A DNA stretch of 64,000 nt from an uncultured Chloroflexia bacterium (GTDB lineage Bacteria; Chloroflexota; Limnocylindria; Limnocylindrales; CSP1-4). How positions within the stretch are numbered: the first letter of the stretch is position 1; each line of letters begins with the position of its first letter. The translations under genes and the position numbers were made by a program. The DNA is taken from positions 66,543 through 130,542 of the forward strand of contig CAWKLT010000022.1 of the NCBI GenBank assembly GCA_963850555.1. Direction: 5' to 3'. Under the pieces are notes generated by a model. That model saw nothing but the letters and a program-made list of their open reading frames with translations, did not search any database and was not told the DNA's origin. Positions 28,987 through 39,876 of the stretch are shown here, piece after piece.

Positions 28987-30137
28987 GGGATCTCGGCCCG
29001 GAATCCTTCCGGGAGCGAGCCGGCGCTGGCCAGCCGACGGATCACGAAGCCGTAGTAGTCCTCGACCTTGGCCGTGACGCGCGGCCAGCTGAATTCCTCG
29101 GCCCGCGCCTGGCCGGCGGCGCCCATCTGCTCGCGCAGACCCGGGTCGCGGAGCAGCTTGTCGATGGCCACGGCCAGCTCGCGCGGGGCCCGCGGCGGCA
29201 CGAGCAGGCCCTCGCGGCCGCGGCGGACGACGCCCTTGTAGCCGTGGATGTCCGAGCACACGATCGGCGTCCCGGCCGCCATCGCCTCGAGCAGGACGAT
29301 CCCGAACGATTCACCGCCGGTGGCCGGGGAGGCGTAGACGTCCGCGGTCCGGAACAGCTGCGCCTTGGCGTCGTCCGAGACGCGACCCAGGAACTCGACG
29401 CCCTGGAGACCGCGGGTCGCCACGTACCGGCGCGCCTCCCGCTCCTGCGGTCCGTTGCCGACCACGAGGAGCCGCGCCTCAGAGCCGGTCTTGCGCAGGA
29501 TCCGGTGGGCCTTGAGCAGGTCCAGGAGGCCCTTGCGCGGCTCGTGGCGCCCGACGAACAGCACATTGGGCGTGCCGTCCTGCCAGCGCGCGATCGGGAC
29601 CGCATTCGCAAACCGGCCGATATCGACGCCGTTGGGGATGACCTTGTAGTCGCCGGGGAAGAAGCGGTCGATGAAGTGGCGGGCCGCGGCGCTGACCGCG
29701 ATCCTGCCGTGCAGGCGCTTGGCGTGGCCACCGAGGGCCCGGCTGCCGAACTCGTACGACGGCGAGAAGCCGGCGTAGGCGTGGAACGTGGCGACGTTCA
29801 CGCTGGTCGACTCGCGCAGCAGGAAGAGCGACAGGAACGGCACGAACGGCTCGTGGAAGTGGAGGACATCGAACTTCTCGCGCTCCAGCATCGCGCCGAT
29901 CTGGCTGAGATAGCGGGGCGAGAACGTGAGGGTCCCGACGGACGCATTGATCGGCACGGAGAACCCCACGCCGAGGCGGATGATGTCGCCCTCCGACGAG
30001 CGTTGCGGGCCGTGGCTGGCCGTCAGGATCCGGACGTCGTGGCCGCGCAGCCGCAGGTTCTCGTACAGGAACCGCACGTGCTGCGCGACGCCGCCGGGCG
30101 CTGGGTAGATGTACGGGCAGACCAGGCCGATCTTCAT
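28878..30137 (-). CDS. pimA: GT4 phosphatidylinositol alpha-mannosyltransferase PimA-like
   Basis: ORF 28878..30137. Starts 'MKIGLVCPYIYPAPGGVAQHVRFLYENLRLRGHDV'. GT4 C-terminal motif 'PATGGESFGIVLLEAMAAGTPIV'. Confidence 0.85.
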   Translation of the reverse strand: MKIGLVCPYIYPAPGGVAQHVRFLYENLRLRGHDVRILTASHGPQRSSEGDIIRLGVGFSVPINASVGTLTFSPRYLSQIGAMLEREKFDVLHFHEPFVPFLSLFLLRESTSVNVATFHAYAGFSPSYEFGSRALGGHAKRLHGRIAVSAAARHFIDRFFPGDYKVIPNGVDIGRFANAVPIARWQDGTPNVLFVGRHEPRKGLLDLLKAHRILRKTGSEARLLVVGNGPQEREARRYVATRGLQGVEFLGRVSDDAKAQLFRTADVYASPATGGESFGIVLLEAMAAGTPIVCSDIHGYKGVVRRGREGLLVPPRAPRELAVAIDKLLRDPGLREQMGAAGQARAEEFSWPRVTAKVEDYYGFVIRRLASAGSLPEGFRAEIPQAPPSVRARPSAPSPEPEPAAALDSASASRHTEAE

Positions 30138-30955
30138 CGCCGCTCGTCCGCGGGGTCGTACCTGGGTGGTCGGGCGCGGCCGCCCGGATAGCCGTGATCG
30201 CGCCCGGTCCCGTCGCGGCGGACGCGGCCGGCGAGCTCGTCCCGAGCGTCGCGCGCCCGTTTCGTCAGTTGCTTGCCGAAGACGCCGACCTGCCCCACGG
30301 CGTCGTGGAACGAGCCCTGGTGGTCCGTCTGCCGTGCCTCGATGGCGCGCCGAAGATCCTCGGCCGTGCGGCCCTCGAACGTCGTCCAGCCGGCGCCGAT
30401 CGCATCGAGTGCGTGGGCATCGCTGTTGCCCACCCGGGCGAGGCCGTGTTCATCGGCGAAGCGCACGACACGATCGTGCCACGGTCGACCCAGCGCCGTC
30501 GGATTGAACGTCTCGAGGCCGTCCGGACGCACCGTTTCGTCGCCGTCGTCCAGGAGATTCCGCAGCACCCGACCCTGGGCGCACAACGGATACGGCACGA
30601 GCGGATGGGCCGGGATCGCCAGCCCGCCCGCGGCGTGGACGTCCTTGATCGTGTTGCGCAGCGATCGGTAGGGCCGGATCGGCCGATCGATCCACAGCGC
30701 CAGCAGGTGGCCGCCGAGGGTCGTGACCTCCTCGCCGACCACGACATCGATGCCGACCCCTCGGTCCCGGGCCATCGCCTGCGCGGCCACCGCGGCGTCG
30801 ATCCGCTCGTGGTCGGTGATGGCGATGACGTCGAGGTCGCCGCGCGCGGCGACGTGATCGAGGATGCTCGTGACGTCGGCGATCCCGTCCGACGCGATCG
30901 TGTGGATGTGGAGGTCGGCTCGGCCGTGTCGCTCGGTCGGGGCGGGCTCGGTCAT
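30134..30955 (-). CDS. PHP-domain metal-dependent phosphoesterase
   Basis: ATG 30955 inside ORF 30134..31063. Contains 'ADLHIHTIASDG', 'DVIAITDHE', 'AIPAHP' and 'GNSDAH'. ATGA overlaps at both ends. Confidence 0.8.
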   Translation of the reverse strand: MTEPAPTERHGRADLHIHTIASDGIADVTSILDHVAARGDLDVIAITDHERIDAAVAAQAMARDRGVGIDVVVGEEVTTLGGHLLALWIDRPIRPYRSLRNTIKDVHAAGGLAIPAHPLVPYPLCAQGRVLRNLLDDGDETVRPDGLETFNPTALGRPWHDRVVRFADEHGLARVGNSDAHALDAIGAGWTTFEGRTAEDLRRAIEARQTDHQGSFHDAVGQVGVFGKQLTKRARDARDELAGRVRRDGTGRDHGYPGGRARPPRYDPADERR

Positions 30956-31947
30956 GTCGCGCGCGCCTCCGGCGATGGCGCCTCGGGTGCCACGGGTGCT
31001 CCGGCCGCTGCCGCCGCTTCGGCCTCCAGGTCCGGCCAGATCGGGAAGAACACCGCCCACCACTGCTCCGGAGCGTCCTCGACGATGCGCTCGAACGCCC
31101 GCGCGATGCCGGCCATCGTCGTGGTCACGCGCTCGCGGCGGCTGCCCTCGGGGGGTGTCGTCACGAGTTCCAGCCGGCCCTTGTAGCGGCCGATGCCGGT
31201 TCGCCGAACGCCCATCACGAACAAGGGCGCGCCGCTCTCCACGCCGAGCATCGCAGGCCCGAGCGGGAGCTGCGCCGGTGCCCCGAACAGCTCCGTCAGC
31301 ACCCCGCCGCCGGTCAGGTCCCGGTCGCCCACGAGGCCGACGCTCGTGCCGGTCCGCAGCGCCGCCTGGAGCTCGCGGCGCGCCTCTCGCAGGCCGACGA
31401 TGCGGACGCCGACCGCGCCGCGGGTTCGCACGAACCAGTCCTGGAGCCGCGGGTCGTCGATGGTCTCCATGGGCGCGACCGCACCGCCGACCCGTGAGGC
31501 GAGCAGGATCGCGGGGAGCTCGATCGCCCCGAAGTGCAGCCCGACGAAGATCGAGGCGCGTCCGGGCGTGAACGCGTCGGCGACCAGGTCCGGGGTCTCG
31601 ATGTCCATCCGCTTGTCGACGTCGCCGGGGCGCAGGCCCGGCGTACGGACCACCTCGAGGTAGTAGCGCGCCGCATGCCGGTAGGCGAGCCGCACGAGAC
31701 GCTCGAGGGCCCGCGGGTCGGTGGCGGCCGCGCGGACCCCGGGTGTGCCCCGGCCGCGACGAGCCAGGTCGTGCGCGACGCGGCGCAGGTTCCGGCGCGC
31801 CTGGGCCGCGCGATCGGGCGTGGCGCGATACCAGACGTCGCCCGCGAACTCCGCCAGTGGGACGAGCAGGCGCTCCGGCAGGCGGCAGGCCAGCCAGGAC
31901 GCGATGAGCAGCAACCGGACGCTGATCCAGCTGCGGATCGCTCGCAC
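30952..31947 (-). CDS. lysophospholipid/lipid A (HtrB/PatA-type) acyltransferase, copy 1
   Basis: GTG 31947 inside ORF 30952..32070. Contains 'ASIFVGLHFGAIELPAILLA', 'SVGLVGDRDLTGGG', 'LPLGPAMLGVESGAPL' and 'APEQWWAVFFPIWPD'. Confidence 0.75.
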   Translation of the reverse strand: MRAIRSWISVRLLLIASWLACRLPERLLVPLAEFAGDVWYRATPDRAAQARRNLRRVAHDLARRGRGTPGVRAAATDPRALERLVRLAYRHAARYYLEVVRTPGLRPGDVDKRMDIETPDLVADAFTPGRASIFVGLHFGAIELPAILLASRVGGAVAPMETIDDPRLQDWFVRTRGAVGVRIVGLREARRELQAALRTGTSVGLVGDRDLTGGGVLTELFGAPAQLPLGPAMLGVESGAPLFVMGVRRTGIGRYKGRLELVTTPPEGSRRERVTTTMAGIARAFERIVEDAPEQWWAVFFPIWPDLEAEAAAAAGAPVAPEAPSPEARAT

Positions 31948-31949
31948 GG

Positions 31950-32999
31950 TCAGGCGAACTCCGGCGCCGGCCCCGGATCCTCGATGCCTGCCTGCATCAG
32001 GGTCGCGCGGCGCTCGAGGTCGGCGGCCTCTTCGGGCGTGGCCGGCCAGATCGGCTTGAAGCTGTACCACTGGTCCGGCGCCGCGGCGACGGTGGTAGCG
32101 AGCGCGTCGGCGATCGACTGGGTCGCGCGCTGGAGCTCAGCCGGGTCGCCCGATTCGAGGTCGATCGGACCAGGCCACGTCACGAGGAACGTCCCGTCGG
32201 GGCGGCGCCGGATCGTGATGGGCAGGATGCGGGAGCCGGTCTTGGCGGCCAGCGTCGCCGGACCCGCGGGCAACGCCGTCCACTGCCCGAACAGCTTCAC
32301 GGGGATCCCGTCCGCGCGGTAACCCCAGTCCACGAGCAGACCGAGCATCTCGCGCCGGCGGAGCACGCCGAAGATCGCGCGCAGGTTGCGCCAGCCGATG
32401 ATGCGCACCCCCCAGGCCTCGCGCTGGCTGCGCAGCAGCTCGAAGAGCTCCGGGAACGCCGAGTCGTCGGCCAGGACGCTGATCGGCATCTCGTGGCGGG
32501 CGATCGCGGCTGCCACCGCATCGTTGCTGCCCACGTGGCCGACGACGAAGATCATGCCGCCCCCGTTGGGCGACTCGCGCCACAGCCGCTTGAACTCGAC
32601 CACGTCGAGGTCCGGGACCATGGCCGCCCGCTCCTCGGGCGTGTCCGTTGGCAAGCGCATCAGCTCGACGAGGTAGCGGCCGTAGCCGTAGTAGGCGCGC
32701 AGGGCCATCGCGCGGACCCTGGGATGGTCCGGCGGCAGCCCCAGGACGTGGCCGAAGTTGCGGTTGGACCAGCGTCGTTTGGTCGGCCAGGCAAGGTAGG
32801 ACAGCTGCGAGGCGCGCCCGATCAGGGTCGCGGCCGGCTTCGGCGGGACCGTCGCCAGGACCCAGGAGATCGCTCGATAGCCGGCCAGCGCCGCGCGCTC
32901 GACGATGCGTGGGCTCGTTCCGCCGCCACGCCGGTGCGGGGCCTCGAGCCGGCGGTCCGGGACCCTCGTGTCGGCCCGCGGCCGGTCGCCGGCGGTCAC
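31950..32999 (-). CDS. lysophospholipid/lipid A (HtrB/PatA-type) acyltransferase, copy 2
   Basis: GTG 32999 (GTGA overlap with the ino1 stop) inside ORF 31950..33377. Contains '[21 protein letters not shown]', '[14 protein letters not shown]', '[18 protein letters not shown]' and '[13 protein letters not shown]'. Confidence 0.75.
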   Translation of the reverse strand: MTAGDRPRADTRVPDRRLEAPHRRGGGTSPRIVERAALAGYRAISWVLATVPPKPAATLIGRASQLSYLAWPTKRRWSNRNFGHVLGLPPDHPRVRAMALRAYYGYGRYLVELMRLPTDTPEERAAMVPDLDVVEFKRLWRESPNGGGMIFVVGHVGSNDAVAAAIARHEMPISVLADDSAFPELFELLRSQREAWGVRIIGWRNLRAIFGVLRRREMLGLLVDWGYRADGIPVKLFGQWTALPAGPATLAAKTGSRILPITIRRRPDGTFLVTWPGPIDLESGDPAELQRATQSIADALATTVAAAPDQWYSFKPIWPATPEEAADLERRATLMQAGIEDPGPAPEFA

Positions 33000-34255
33000 A
33001 GCCCCGCGGTGGTCGCGACCTTGGCCCCGGTCTTGGCCGGGCTCCCGGCCAGCTTGCGGAGCTTGCGCTTCTCGGGCTTCTCGGTGCCGACGAGCGTCTC
33101 GTTGTCGTCGCCGCGGATGAAGGCCTCGACCCGGTTGTACGCGATGTCGTCGTGGATCTGGTGCGGCGGGCTCTTCATGAAGTACGCCGACGGCGCCACG
33201 AGCGTGCCCTTGAGGCCGCGGTCCAGGCCCAGCTTCAGGCAGCGGATGGCGTCCGTGATGACGCCCGCGCTGTTGGGGCTGTCCCAGACCTCGAGCTTGA
33301 GCTCGGCGTTGAGCGGCACGTCGCCGAACGTGGTGCCTTCCATCCGGATGTAGCACCACTTGCGGTCCTCGAGCCACGGGACGTGGTCGCTCGGCCCGAC
33401 ATGGACGTTGTCGGGGTCCATCTCGTAGTCGAGCATCGAGGTGACCGCGTTCGTCTTCGAGATCTTCTTGGACTCGAGGCGCTCGCGCTCGAGCATGTTC
33501 AGGAAGTCGGTGTTGCCGCCGAAGTTCAGCTGGTACGTGCGGTCCAGGCGGACGCCGCGATCCATGAACAGGCGGGTCAGCACGCGGTGGCTGATCGTGG
33601 CGCCGACCTGGCTCTTGATGTCGTCACCGATGACCGGCAGGCCGGCGTCGGCGAAGCGGCGCTGCCAGTACGGCTCCCGCCCGATGAAGACCGGGATCGC
33701 GTTGACGAACCCGACGCCGGCCTGGAGGGCCTGCTCGGCGTACCACTTGGTCGCCTGCTCGCTGCCGACCGGCAGGTAGGAGACCATGACATCGACTTCG
33801 CGCTCCTTGAGGATGCCGACGATGTCGGCCGTCTCGCCGGGCGCCTTCTCGATGATCTGGGACAGGTACTTGCCGAGGCCGTCGTGGACCATGCCGCGCT
33901 CGACCGTGACGCCGGTGTGCCCGACCTTGTGGAAGGTGTAGGTGTTGTTCGGCTTCGTGTAGATCGCCTCGGCGAGGTCCTTGCCGACCTTGTTCTTGTC
34001 GATGTCGAAGGCCGCGACGAAGTCGATGTCGCGGACGTGGTAGCCGCCGAGGTCGACGTGCATCAGGCCCGGGATGAAGTCGTCGGCGTTCGCGTTCTCG
34101 TAGTAGTAGCGGCCCTGGACGAGGCTGCTGGCGCAGTTCCCGACACCGACGATCGCGACCCGGATCTTGCCGTCGCCGCGGCGCCCGGCGCCCGCCCAGG
34201 TGTTGGACGGCCCGGAGCCGTTCTTGCCGTTGCCGTTGGTTCCGTTCTTGCTCAC
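32996..34255 (-). CDS. ino1: myo-inositol-1-phosphate synthase
   Basis: GTG 34255 (ggag upstream) inside ORF 32996..34681. Contains '[22 protein letters not shown]', '[31 protein letters not shown]', '[11 protein letters not shown]' and '[13 protein letters not shown]'. Confidence 0.9.
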   Translation of the reverse strand: MSKNGTNGNGKNGSGPSNTWAGAGRRGDGKIRVAIVGVGNCASSLVQGRYYYENANADDFIPGLMHVDLGGYHVRDIDFVAAFDIDKNKVGKDLAEAIYTKPNNTYTFHKVGHTGVTVERGMVHDGLGKYLSQIIEKAPGETADIVGILKEREVDVMVSYLPVGSEQATKWYAEQALQAGVGFVNAIPVFIGREPYWQRRFADAGLPVIGDDIKSQVGATISHRVLTRLFMDRGVRLDRTYQLNFGGNTDFLNMLERERLESKKISKTNAVTSMLDYEMDPDNVHVGPSDHVPWLEDRKWCYIRMEGTTFGDVPLNAELKLEVWDSPNSAGVITDAIRCLKLGLDRGLKGTLVAPSAYFMKSPPHQIHDDIAYNRVEAFIRGDDNETLVGTEKPEKRKLRKLAGSPAKTGAKVATTAGL

Positions 34256-34956
34256 GTGTTCGTCTCCGTTGGATTCGTGGTGGAGGCCCCCTGCCTCGCC
34301 TGGCTTCGGACGTGGAGGATGCGTTGGAGGGTGGTGATGGTCGCCCCGATGGCGATGACGGCGAGCGTGATGGCAAGCACCAAGGCGCCGGACGTGAAGG
34401 CTTCCGCAGGCCACGGCATGCCACATGCGCAGGGCGCCAGGCCGAGGACGCCCGTCAGGACGAGTCCGATGCTGAGGATGACCAGCCGGACCTCTCGCGG
34501 CATCAGCCCGACGGCGGCCATGCCGGTGCCTTCCGTGAAGCCGAGCCCCTCGGACTTGGCGCGTGCGTAACTGACCATGAACGCCGCGCCCATGGCGGCC
34601 GCGGCAAGGACGACGCCCTCGGCGAACCCAGCGAATGCCGCCCCGGCGACGATCCCGAGATAGACGACCGCCTCGCCCCATCGGTCAAAGACGCTGTCCA
34701 TGAAGGCCCCGAGTGGGCTGACCTTGCCGGTCGCACGGGCGAGCGTGCCGTCGAACATGTCGAAGGCGCCGCCGACGAAGACCACGATCCCGCCGATGAC
34801 CCAGAGCTGCATGGCGACCAGGACGGCGCCGACCACGGTGATCCCGAACCCGATGAGGGTCAGGCCATCAGGGGTCAGGCCGGCACGGCCCATCGCCAGG
34901 GCCAGGGGAACGAACGCGTTCTTGAACCGGGACCGGGTTTCGTTCGAGATGGTCAT
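34252..34956 (-). CDS. pgsA: CDP-alcohol phosphatidyltransferase (PgsA1-type phosphatidylinositol-phosphate synthase)
   Basis: ATG 34956 inside ORF 34252..35436. CDP-OH-P-transferase motif '[34 protein letters not shown]'. Six predicted TM segments. Adjacent to ino1 and pimA. Confidence 0.8.
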   Translation of the reverse strand: MTISNETRSRFKNAFVPLALAMGRAGLTPDGLTLIGFGITVVGAVLVAMQLWVIGGIVVFVGGAFDMFDGTLARATGKVSPLGAFMDSVFDRWGEAVVYLGIVAGAAFAGFAEGVVLAAAAMGAAFMVSYARAKSEGLGFTEGTGMAAVGLMPREVRLVILSIGLVLTGVLGLAPCACGMPWPAEAFTSGALVLAITLAVIAIGATITTLQRILHVRSQARQGASTTNPTETNT

Positions 34957-35366
34957 CCGGCGGCTGCCCGGCTCGCGATGCCCAGGATCGCGCGTTCGCG
35001 CGCCGCGACTTCGCCGAACGCCTCGGGGCGCAGGGTGCAGATCGTCTCGCGCCCGACGCGGCGCGTCGCGACGAGACCGGCGACACGAAGCCGCTTCAGG
35101 TGGTGGCTGACCAGGGGCTGGCTGAGTCCGACGTGCGCGATGAGCTCGGCCACGCTGGACTCGCCTTCCGCCAGGCGACGGACGATGCGCAGCCGATTCA
35201 CGTCGGCGAGGGCCTTGTGGAAGGTGCGCAGCTCGCGCAGGTCGTCGGGCTGCACGACGATCGAGGCGATCGTGGTGCGAAAGCGGGCGGGAGTCGGCAA
35301 GGGCGGGGATCTCCAAGGGCCGGGGTGCGATCCGCGGAACAAGGTTTCCGCAGGACGACGCATCAA
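34953..35366 (-). CDS. ArsR/SmtB-family transcriptional regulator
   Basis: ORF 34953..35366. Winged-HTH 'HKALADVNRLRIVRRLAEGESSVAELIAHVGLSQPLVSHHLKRLRVAGLV'. ATGA overlap with pgsA. The start may be internal. Confidence 0.8.
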   Translation of the reverse strand: MMRRPAETLFRGSHPGPWRSPPLPTPARFRTTIASIVVQPDDLRELRTFHKALADVNRLRIVRRLAEGESSVAELIAHVGLSQPLVSHHLKRLRVAGLVATRRVGRETICTLRPEAFGEVAARERAILGIASRAAAG

Positions 35367-35442
35367 CGCCGGTTGATATCAACGGATGTTGATGCAATGG
35401 CGCGCTCGTGTCAAGCCCGGCCTCGACAAGTAGCATCAGCCG

Positions 35443-36457
35443 ATGCAGTCCTCCCCACCCCCCGGCCGTGCCCGCGCGGGCGCGATCCTCCTGACCAGCA
35501 CGCTCCTGCTTGCCGCCTGCTCCGGCGGGACCCCTTCATCCACGGCGCCGTCGTCGACCACGCCGGCAAGCAACCCCAGCGCGCCGAGTGCAGCGGCGTC
35601 CGTCGCGCCGAGTGAGGCGCCATCTGCGGCCGCCACCCCGGTCCCGTCCGACGGTCAGACGGCCGGCCAGGAACGCACCGACCCGTTCGGGATCGACCAG
35701 GTCTGGGTCCCGGCCGGGACCTTCACGATGGGCACCGATGCGGAGGCCATCGCCGCCCTGACCGCGGAAGACCCGCCGCCGTGGGTCGCCAGCGAGTTCC
35801 CGAGCGAGCAGCCCGCGCACGAGGTCACGCTCACGAAGGGCTACTGGATCGACCGTGACGAGGTCACCAACCAGGCATTCGCGGCCTTCGTCGACGCCGG
35901 CGGGTATACGAACCAGGCGCTTCTGGTCACCCGACGGATGGGCGTGGCTGGGCGGGAAGGACGCGGCTCGCCTGCCGCTCCACTGTCAGGGCGACGTGCC
36001 GGAGCAGCCCCGGATGTGCCTGACCTGGTTCGAGGCCGAGGCGTACGCCGCCTGGCGTGGCGGCCGTCTTCCGACCGAGGCCGAGTGGGAGTACGCGGCT
36101 CGTGGACCGGAGTCCCCGATCTACCCGTGGGGCGACACGTTCGATACCGACCGCGCCAATGTCATCAACAGCGTCACCCCAAAGCCGGTCGGGAGCTACC
36201 CGACCGGGGTCAGCTGGGTGGGCGCCAATGACATGGCCGGGAACGCGATGGAATGGGTCTCCGACTGGCTGGCGGCCGATTACTACGCCACCAGCCCAGA
36301 TACCGATCCGACCGGACCGGCGACCGGTACCACCAAGGTCGAGAAGGGCGGCTGGTGGGGGAGCAACGAGTTCGTGGCGCGCTCGGCCTACCGGCACTAC
36401 GAGGACCCACCGACGTACGGCGACAAGCACATCGGCTTCCGGGTCGCCTCGCAGTGA
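35443..36457 (+). CDS. lipoprotein with formylglycine-generating-enzyme (SUMF1/FGE-sulfatase) domain (one frame change)
   Basis: ORF 35443..36231 is meaningful to 'AFVDAGGYTNQA' (lipobox 'LLLAAC'; 'GTFTMGTD...EQPAHEVTLTKGYWIDRDEVTN'). It continues in ORF 35855..36457 ('FWSPDGWAWL...RGGRLPTEAEWEYAARG...GNAMEWVSDW...RSAYRHY'). The frame switch is near 35918. Confidence 0.75.
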
Positions 36458-38156
36458 CCGGGACGCCCGAGCGGATCGTCGTGGACGGCCGTTCGGCGTA
36501 CGCGTTGCTCGCGGTGTTCGGGGCCGGGGTCTTCCTCGCGGGCCTGGAACTGATGATCACGGCGGTCGCGCTGCCGTCGATCCTGGCCGACCTCGTCGAC
36601 GCGGACGGGACCTCGGCCTGGGTCGAGCTTCGCAAGGCGAGCTGGATCATCAACGGCTACCTGCTCGTGTACATCCTGATGATGCCGCTCGCCGGCCGGA
36701 TCGCCGACCTGTGGGGAGCCCGGCGGCCGTTCATCGCCGCGCTCGCGATCTTCACGGTCGGCAGCGCGCTCGCCGGCATGGCCCAGGACCTGGATCAGCT
36801 CATCGCCGCGCGGCTCGTCCAGGCGGTGGGGGGCGGGATCCTCGTCCCGGTCGGTACCGCGGCAGCGGCCCACCTGTTCGGCGGGCGCTGCCCGGCCGCG
36901 GGCGCTCGGGGTCATCGGCGCGTTGACGTTCCTGGGCATGGCCGCCGGGCCCGTTCCTTGGGGCCGCCATCCTCTCGTCGGTGCACCCGGAGGAGGCCCT
37001 GATCCGAGCCGGCCTCGCGAACTCGGCGATCGCGGACATCCTCAGCCCGGCGTGGCGCTGGATCTTCTACATCAACGTGCCGATCGGCCTCGTCGGCATC
37101 GTCCTCGCATGGGCCGTCGGTCCCGGGTGGGACACGCCCAGGCGCCCGGGCCGCGTGGACGTCGTCGGGGCTGCGCTCTTCGGGATCGCGCTGGCGGCCG
37201 GCCTGATCGGGCTGACCCTGCTGGGCGCGACGACGATCGCCGGCACGGACCTGGACCCCGGCGCCGTGTCGGCCGGTCTCGGTGTTCTCGCGCTTGCGGC
37301 CACGCTGCTCGCCATCGCCCGCGCGCTGCGTACCGACGACCCGTTCCTCGACGTCCGCCTGTTCCGCAGCCGCTCGTTCAGCGCGGCCTCCCTCGTGTCG
37401 CTCCTGACCGGGTATGCGTTCGCGACCGCGATCATCGGTGGGGCCGTGTTCGTCGATCGCGTGCTGTACGGCGGTCCCGACGAGCAGCGCCTGGCCCTCG
37501 GGTCGCTGGCGGCGGCGACCGCGGTCGGGGCGCTCGTGTCGGGCTTCGCGGTCCGGATCGCGAGCTACCGCGTGGTCACCCTCGTCGGGCTCGCGTTGAG
37601 CGTCGCCGGCCTGGCCGCCATGGCCATGTGGGACCCGGCGACGGACATCCGCGCCGCCGCGCTCGGCCTTGGCGTCTTCGGCTTCGGGTTCGGCCTGTCG
37701 GTGACGCCCCGCTCCACGGCCGCGGTCGAGGCCGCGGGCCGAGCGGCCTTCGGTGTCGCGTCGTCCGTGGTCACGGTCGCCCGCATGATCGGCATGGCGA
37801 TCGGGCTCGCCGTGCTGACCGCGTACGGGTCGACGACGATCGATCGCCTGTCGGCCGACATCTACGCCACGCCCGATGCCTACCTCGCCTTCATCCCCGA
37901 GAACCTCCGCGACCGGCCGCTGCGCGACCCGCTGGTCGTCGAGGCGCTCGAGTCGTGGGCCTCGCGCGAGGCCGCGTCGATCATGGTCGGGCTGTTCGTG
38001 GTCGCGGCGCTCGTGACGATCGCGGCCGTTCCGCCGGCGCTGGCCCTCGGTGGCGCGAGCCGCCGCCGGGCCGCGACGGAGGACGACCCCCAGCCGCACG
38101 ATGACCCGCGTATGCTCACGAGCGATGGCAGCAAGGACCCCGGCGTCATCCTCTGA
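36454..38156 (+). CDS. MFS transporter, 14-TM drug:H+ antiporter (DHA2/EmrB-like) type (two frame changes)
   Basis: GTG 36454 (GTGA overlap with the upstream stop) in the frame of ORF 36253. Contains 'LAGLELMITAVALPSI', 'GRIADLWGARRPF', then 'ALGVIGALTFLGMAAGP' (ORF 36923 frame); the remainder is in ORF 36981..38156. Frame switches lie near 36885 and 36950. Confidence 0.75.
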
Positions 38157-39175
38157 TCGCCCGACCGGCCGCGCCGGCGAGCCGGTCGCCCGTCACCGCC
38201 CCCCGGTCGCCGAGCCGGGCCCCGGCACGGTGCGGGTCGCCGCGTCCATCGAGGGCAGGGCCGAGGAATGGGAGGGCACGACCGCCCTCGCCAAGCTGCC
38301 GGAGCTCCTGCGCCACGCCGACGCGTCGGTGTGGGTGGACCTGACCGGTCCGTCCGAGGACCAGGTGCAGCAGGTCGGCGCGCTCCTTTCGCTGCATCCA
38401 CTCATCGTCGAGGACATCCTCGAGGGCAACCAGCGTGCCAAGATCGAGCTGACCGACGGCGTCGTGCACATCGTGATGTTCGACCTCGAATACTCCGATG
38501 AGGTCGTCATCACCGAGATCGACCTCGTGCTCGGGCTCGGGTTCCTGCTGACAGCGCACGATCGGACGTGGGACCCGCGCGCCTCCCACCACCTGCGCTC
38601 CGGAGTCGGCCCGATGCTCAAGCACGGGCCGGACCACCTGTTGTGGGCGATCTCCGACGACCTGGTCGACAGCTACTTCCCGTTCGCGGACCGGATCGGC
38701 GACGCGATCGATGAGGTCCTGGACGAGGTCGTCCTCACGGCGAATCCCGATGCGCTCCAGCGGCTGTTCCACCTCAAGCGCAAGCTCATCGAGGTGCGTC
38801 GGCACGTGGGACCCGTGCGCGAGGTGTTCAACCAGCTGACGAACCGCGAGACCCCCCTCATCGACCCCGACGAGATCGTCTACTTCCGCGACATCTACGA
38901 CCACATCATCCGCCTGACCGACGAGCTCGATAACTACCGTGAGCTCGCTGCGTCCACCCTCGACGTCTACCTGACCCAGGTCAACAACAACCTCTCGATC
39001 ATCATGAAGCGACTGACCGGCGTGACGGTCATCCTGGCGGGCATCGGCGCGGTGGGCGGGCTGTTCGGGATGAGCGAGGCGACGCAACGCCGGCGGGTTC
39101 TGGGTCGTCACCGGTGCCACGATCCTCGGGGCGACCGGCCTTGCGCTGTACCTGCGGCGGATCGGCTGGATCTAG
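38125..39175 (+). CDS. corA: CorA-family divalent-cation transporter (one frame change near the 3' end)
   Basis: Frame of ORF 38050..39708 up to 'ILAGIGAVGGLFGMSEA' ('LSLHPLIVEDILEGNQRAKIE', 'YFRDIYDHIIRLTDELDNYRE'). The last TM 'GFWVVTGATILGATGLALYLRRIGWI*' is in another frame (switch near 39095). Start is 38125 or GTG 38230. Confidence 0.7.
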
Positions 39176-39189
39176 GCTCCCGGGTTCGG

Positions 39190-39876
39190 CTAGCAGGCCC
39201 GCGGCTTGGCGTCCGGGTGGGCGTCGGCCGGATCGGCGGGGCCGCTGGACAGCGGCTTGGCGATGACCTGGGTCTTGCCGGGCGTGCCCCTCGGGCCTTC
39301 CGAGGTCTGGAGCCACAGCTCCTCGGAATCGGCGGCGATCGCGTCATCGAGATCGGTCTGGCCACGCCGAACCTCGACGATCTCGTAGAGGAAAAGCTGA
39401 TCGTCGCTCGTCCAGACCTCGACCACACTGCCGCGCTGTTCGGGAGCCCTGGTCTTGAGCAGCGGCTCGAACATCCCGGGCCTGGCGTGTGCGAACAGGT
39501 AGATCGCTCGGTCCTGCCCTGGCTGGTAGAGCTCCTTGATGTACATCGCGACGTCGCATGGCGGATACCCGGCCGGGCCCTTGATGACCGGCATGTCGAT
39601 GTCGAGCGCGGCGATCCGGACGCGCGTCGCGACCCGGTTGGGGTCGGGGCTCGCGGTCGGCGGCGCCGGTGTCGGCGTCCCGATCGGCGGGAGCGTGACG
39701 CGCGGTGACGGGGTGGGGGTCGCCGTGGCCGTTGGTCGCGGCGAGGGGCTGGCGACCGGCTCGGCCGCGACCGGGACCGTGTAGGTCAGCAGGCCAGCCG
39801 CAAGCAGCGTGACGCCACCCGCGGTGAGCAGGGCCGGAAGCAATCGGGTGCGGAAGAAATCGAAGCGGTCACCCAT
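39190..39876 (-). CDS. membrane-anchored sortase-like protein (class E/F-like fold; catalytic residues apparently substituted)
   Basis: ORF 39190..39876. N-terminal TM 'LLPALLTAGGVTLLAAGLL' and a Pro/Thr linker. Contains 'RVRIAALDIDMPVIKG', 'IYLFAHARPGMF', 'GSVVEVWTSDDQLFLYEIVEV' and 'LWLQTSEGP...KTQVIAKP'. Confidence 0.45.
   Translation of the reverse strand: MGDRFDFFRTRLLPALLTAGGVTLLAAGLLTYTVPVAAEPVASPSPRPTATATPTPSPRVTLPPIGTPTPAPPTASPDPNRVATRVRIAALDIDMPVIKGPAGYPPCDVAMYIKELYQPGQDRAIYLFAHARPGMFEPLLKTRAPEQRGSVVEVWTSDDQLFLYEIVEVRRGQTDLDDAIAADSEELWLQTSEGPRGTPGKTQVIAKPLSSGPADPADAHPDAKPRAC

Noticed and set aside
38125-39175. Absence of the canonical CorA 'GMN' motif (sequence reads 'FGMSEA') as a functional novelty.
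   Set aside because: A frame change lies within about 10 codons of this site, so the local residues are unreliable. The call is kept at family level only.
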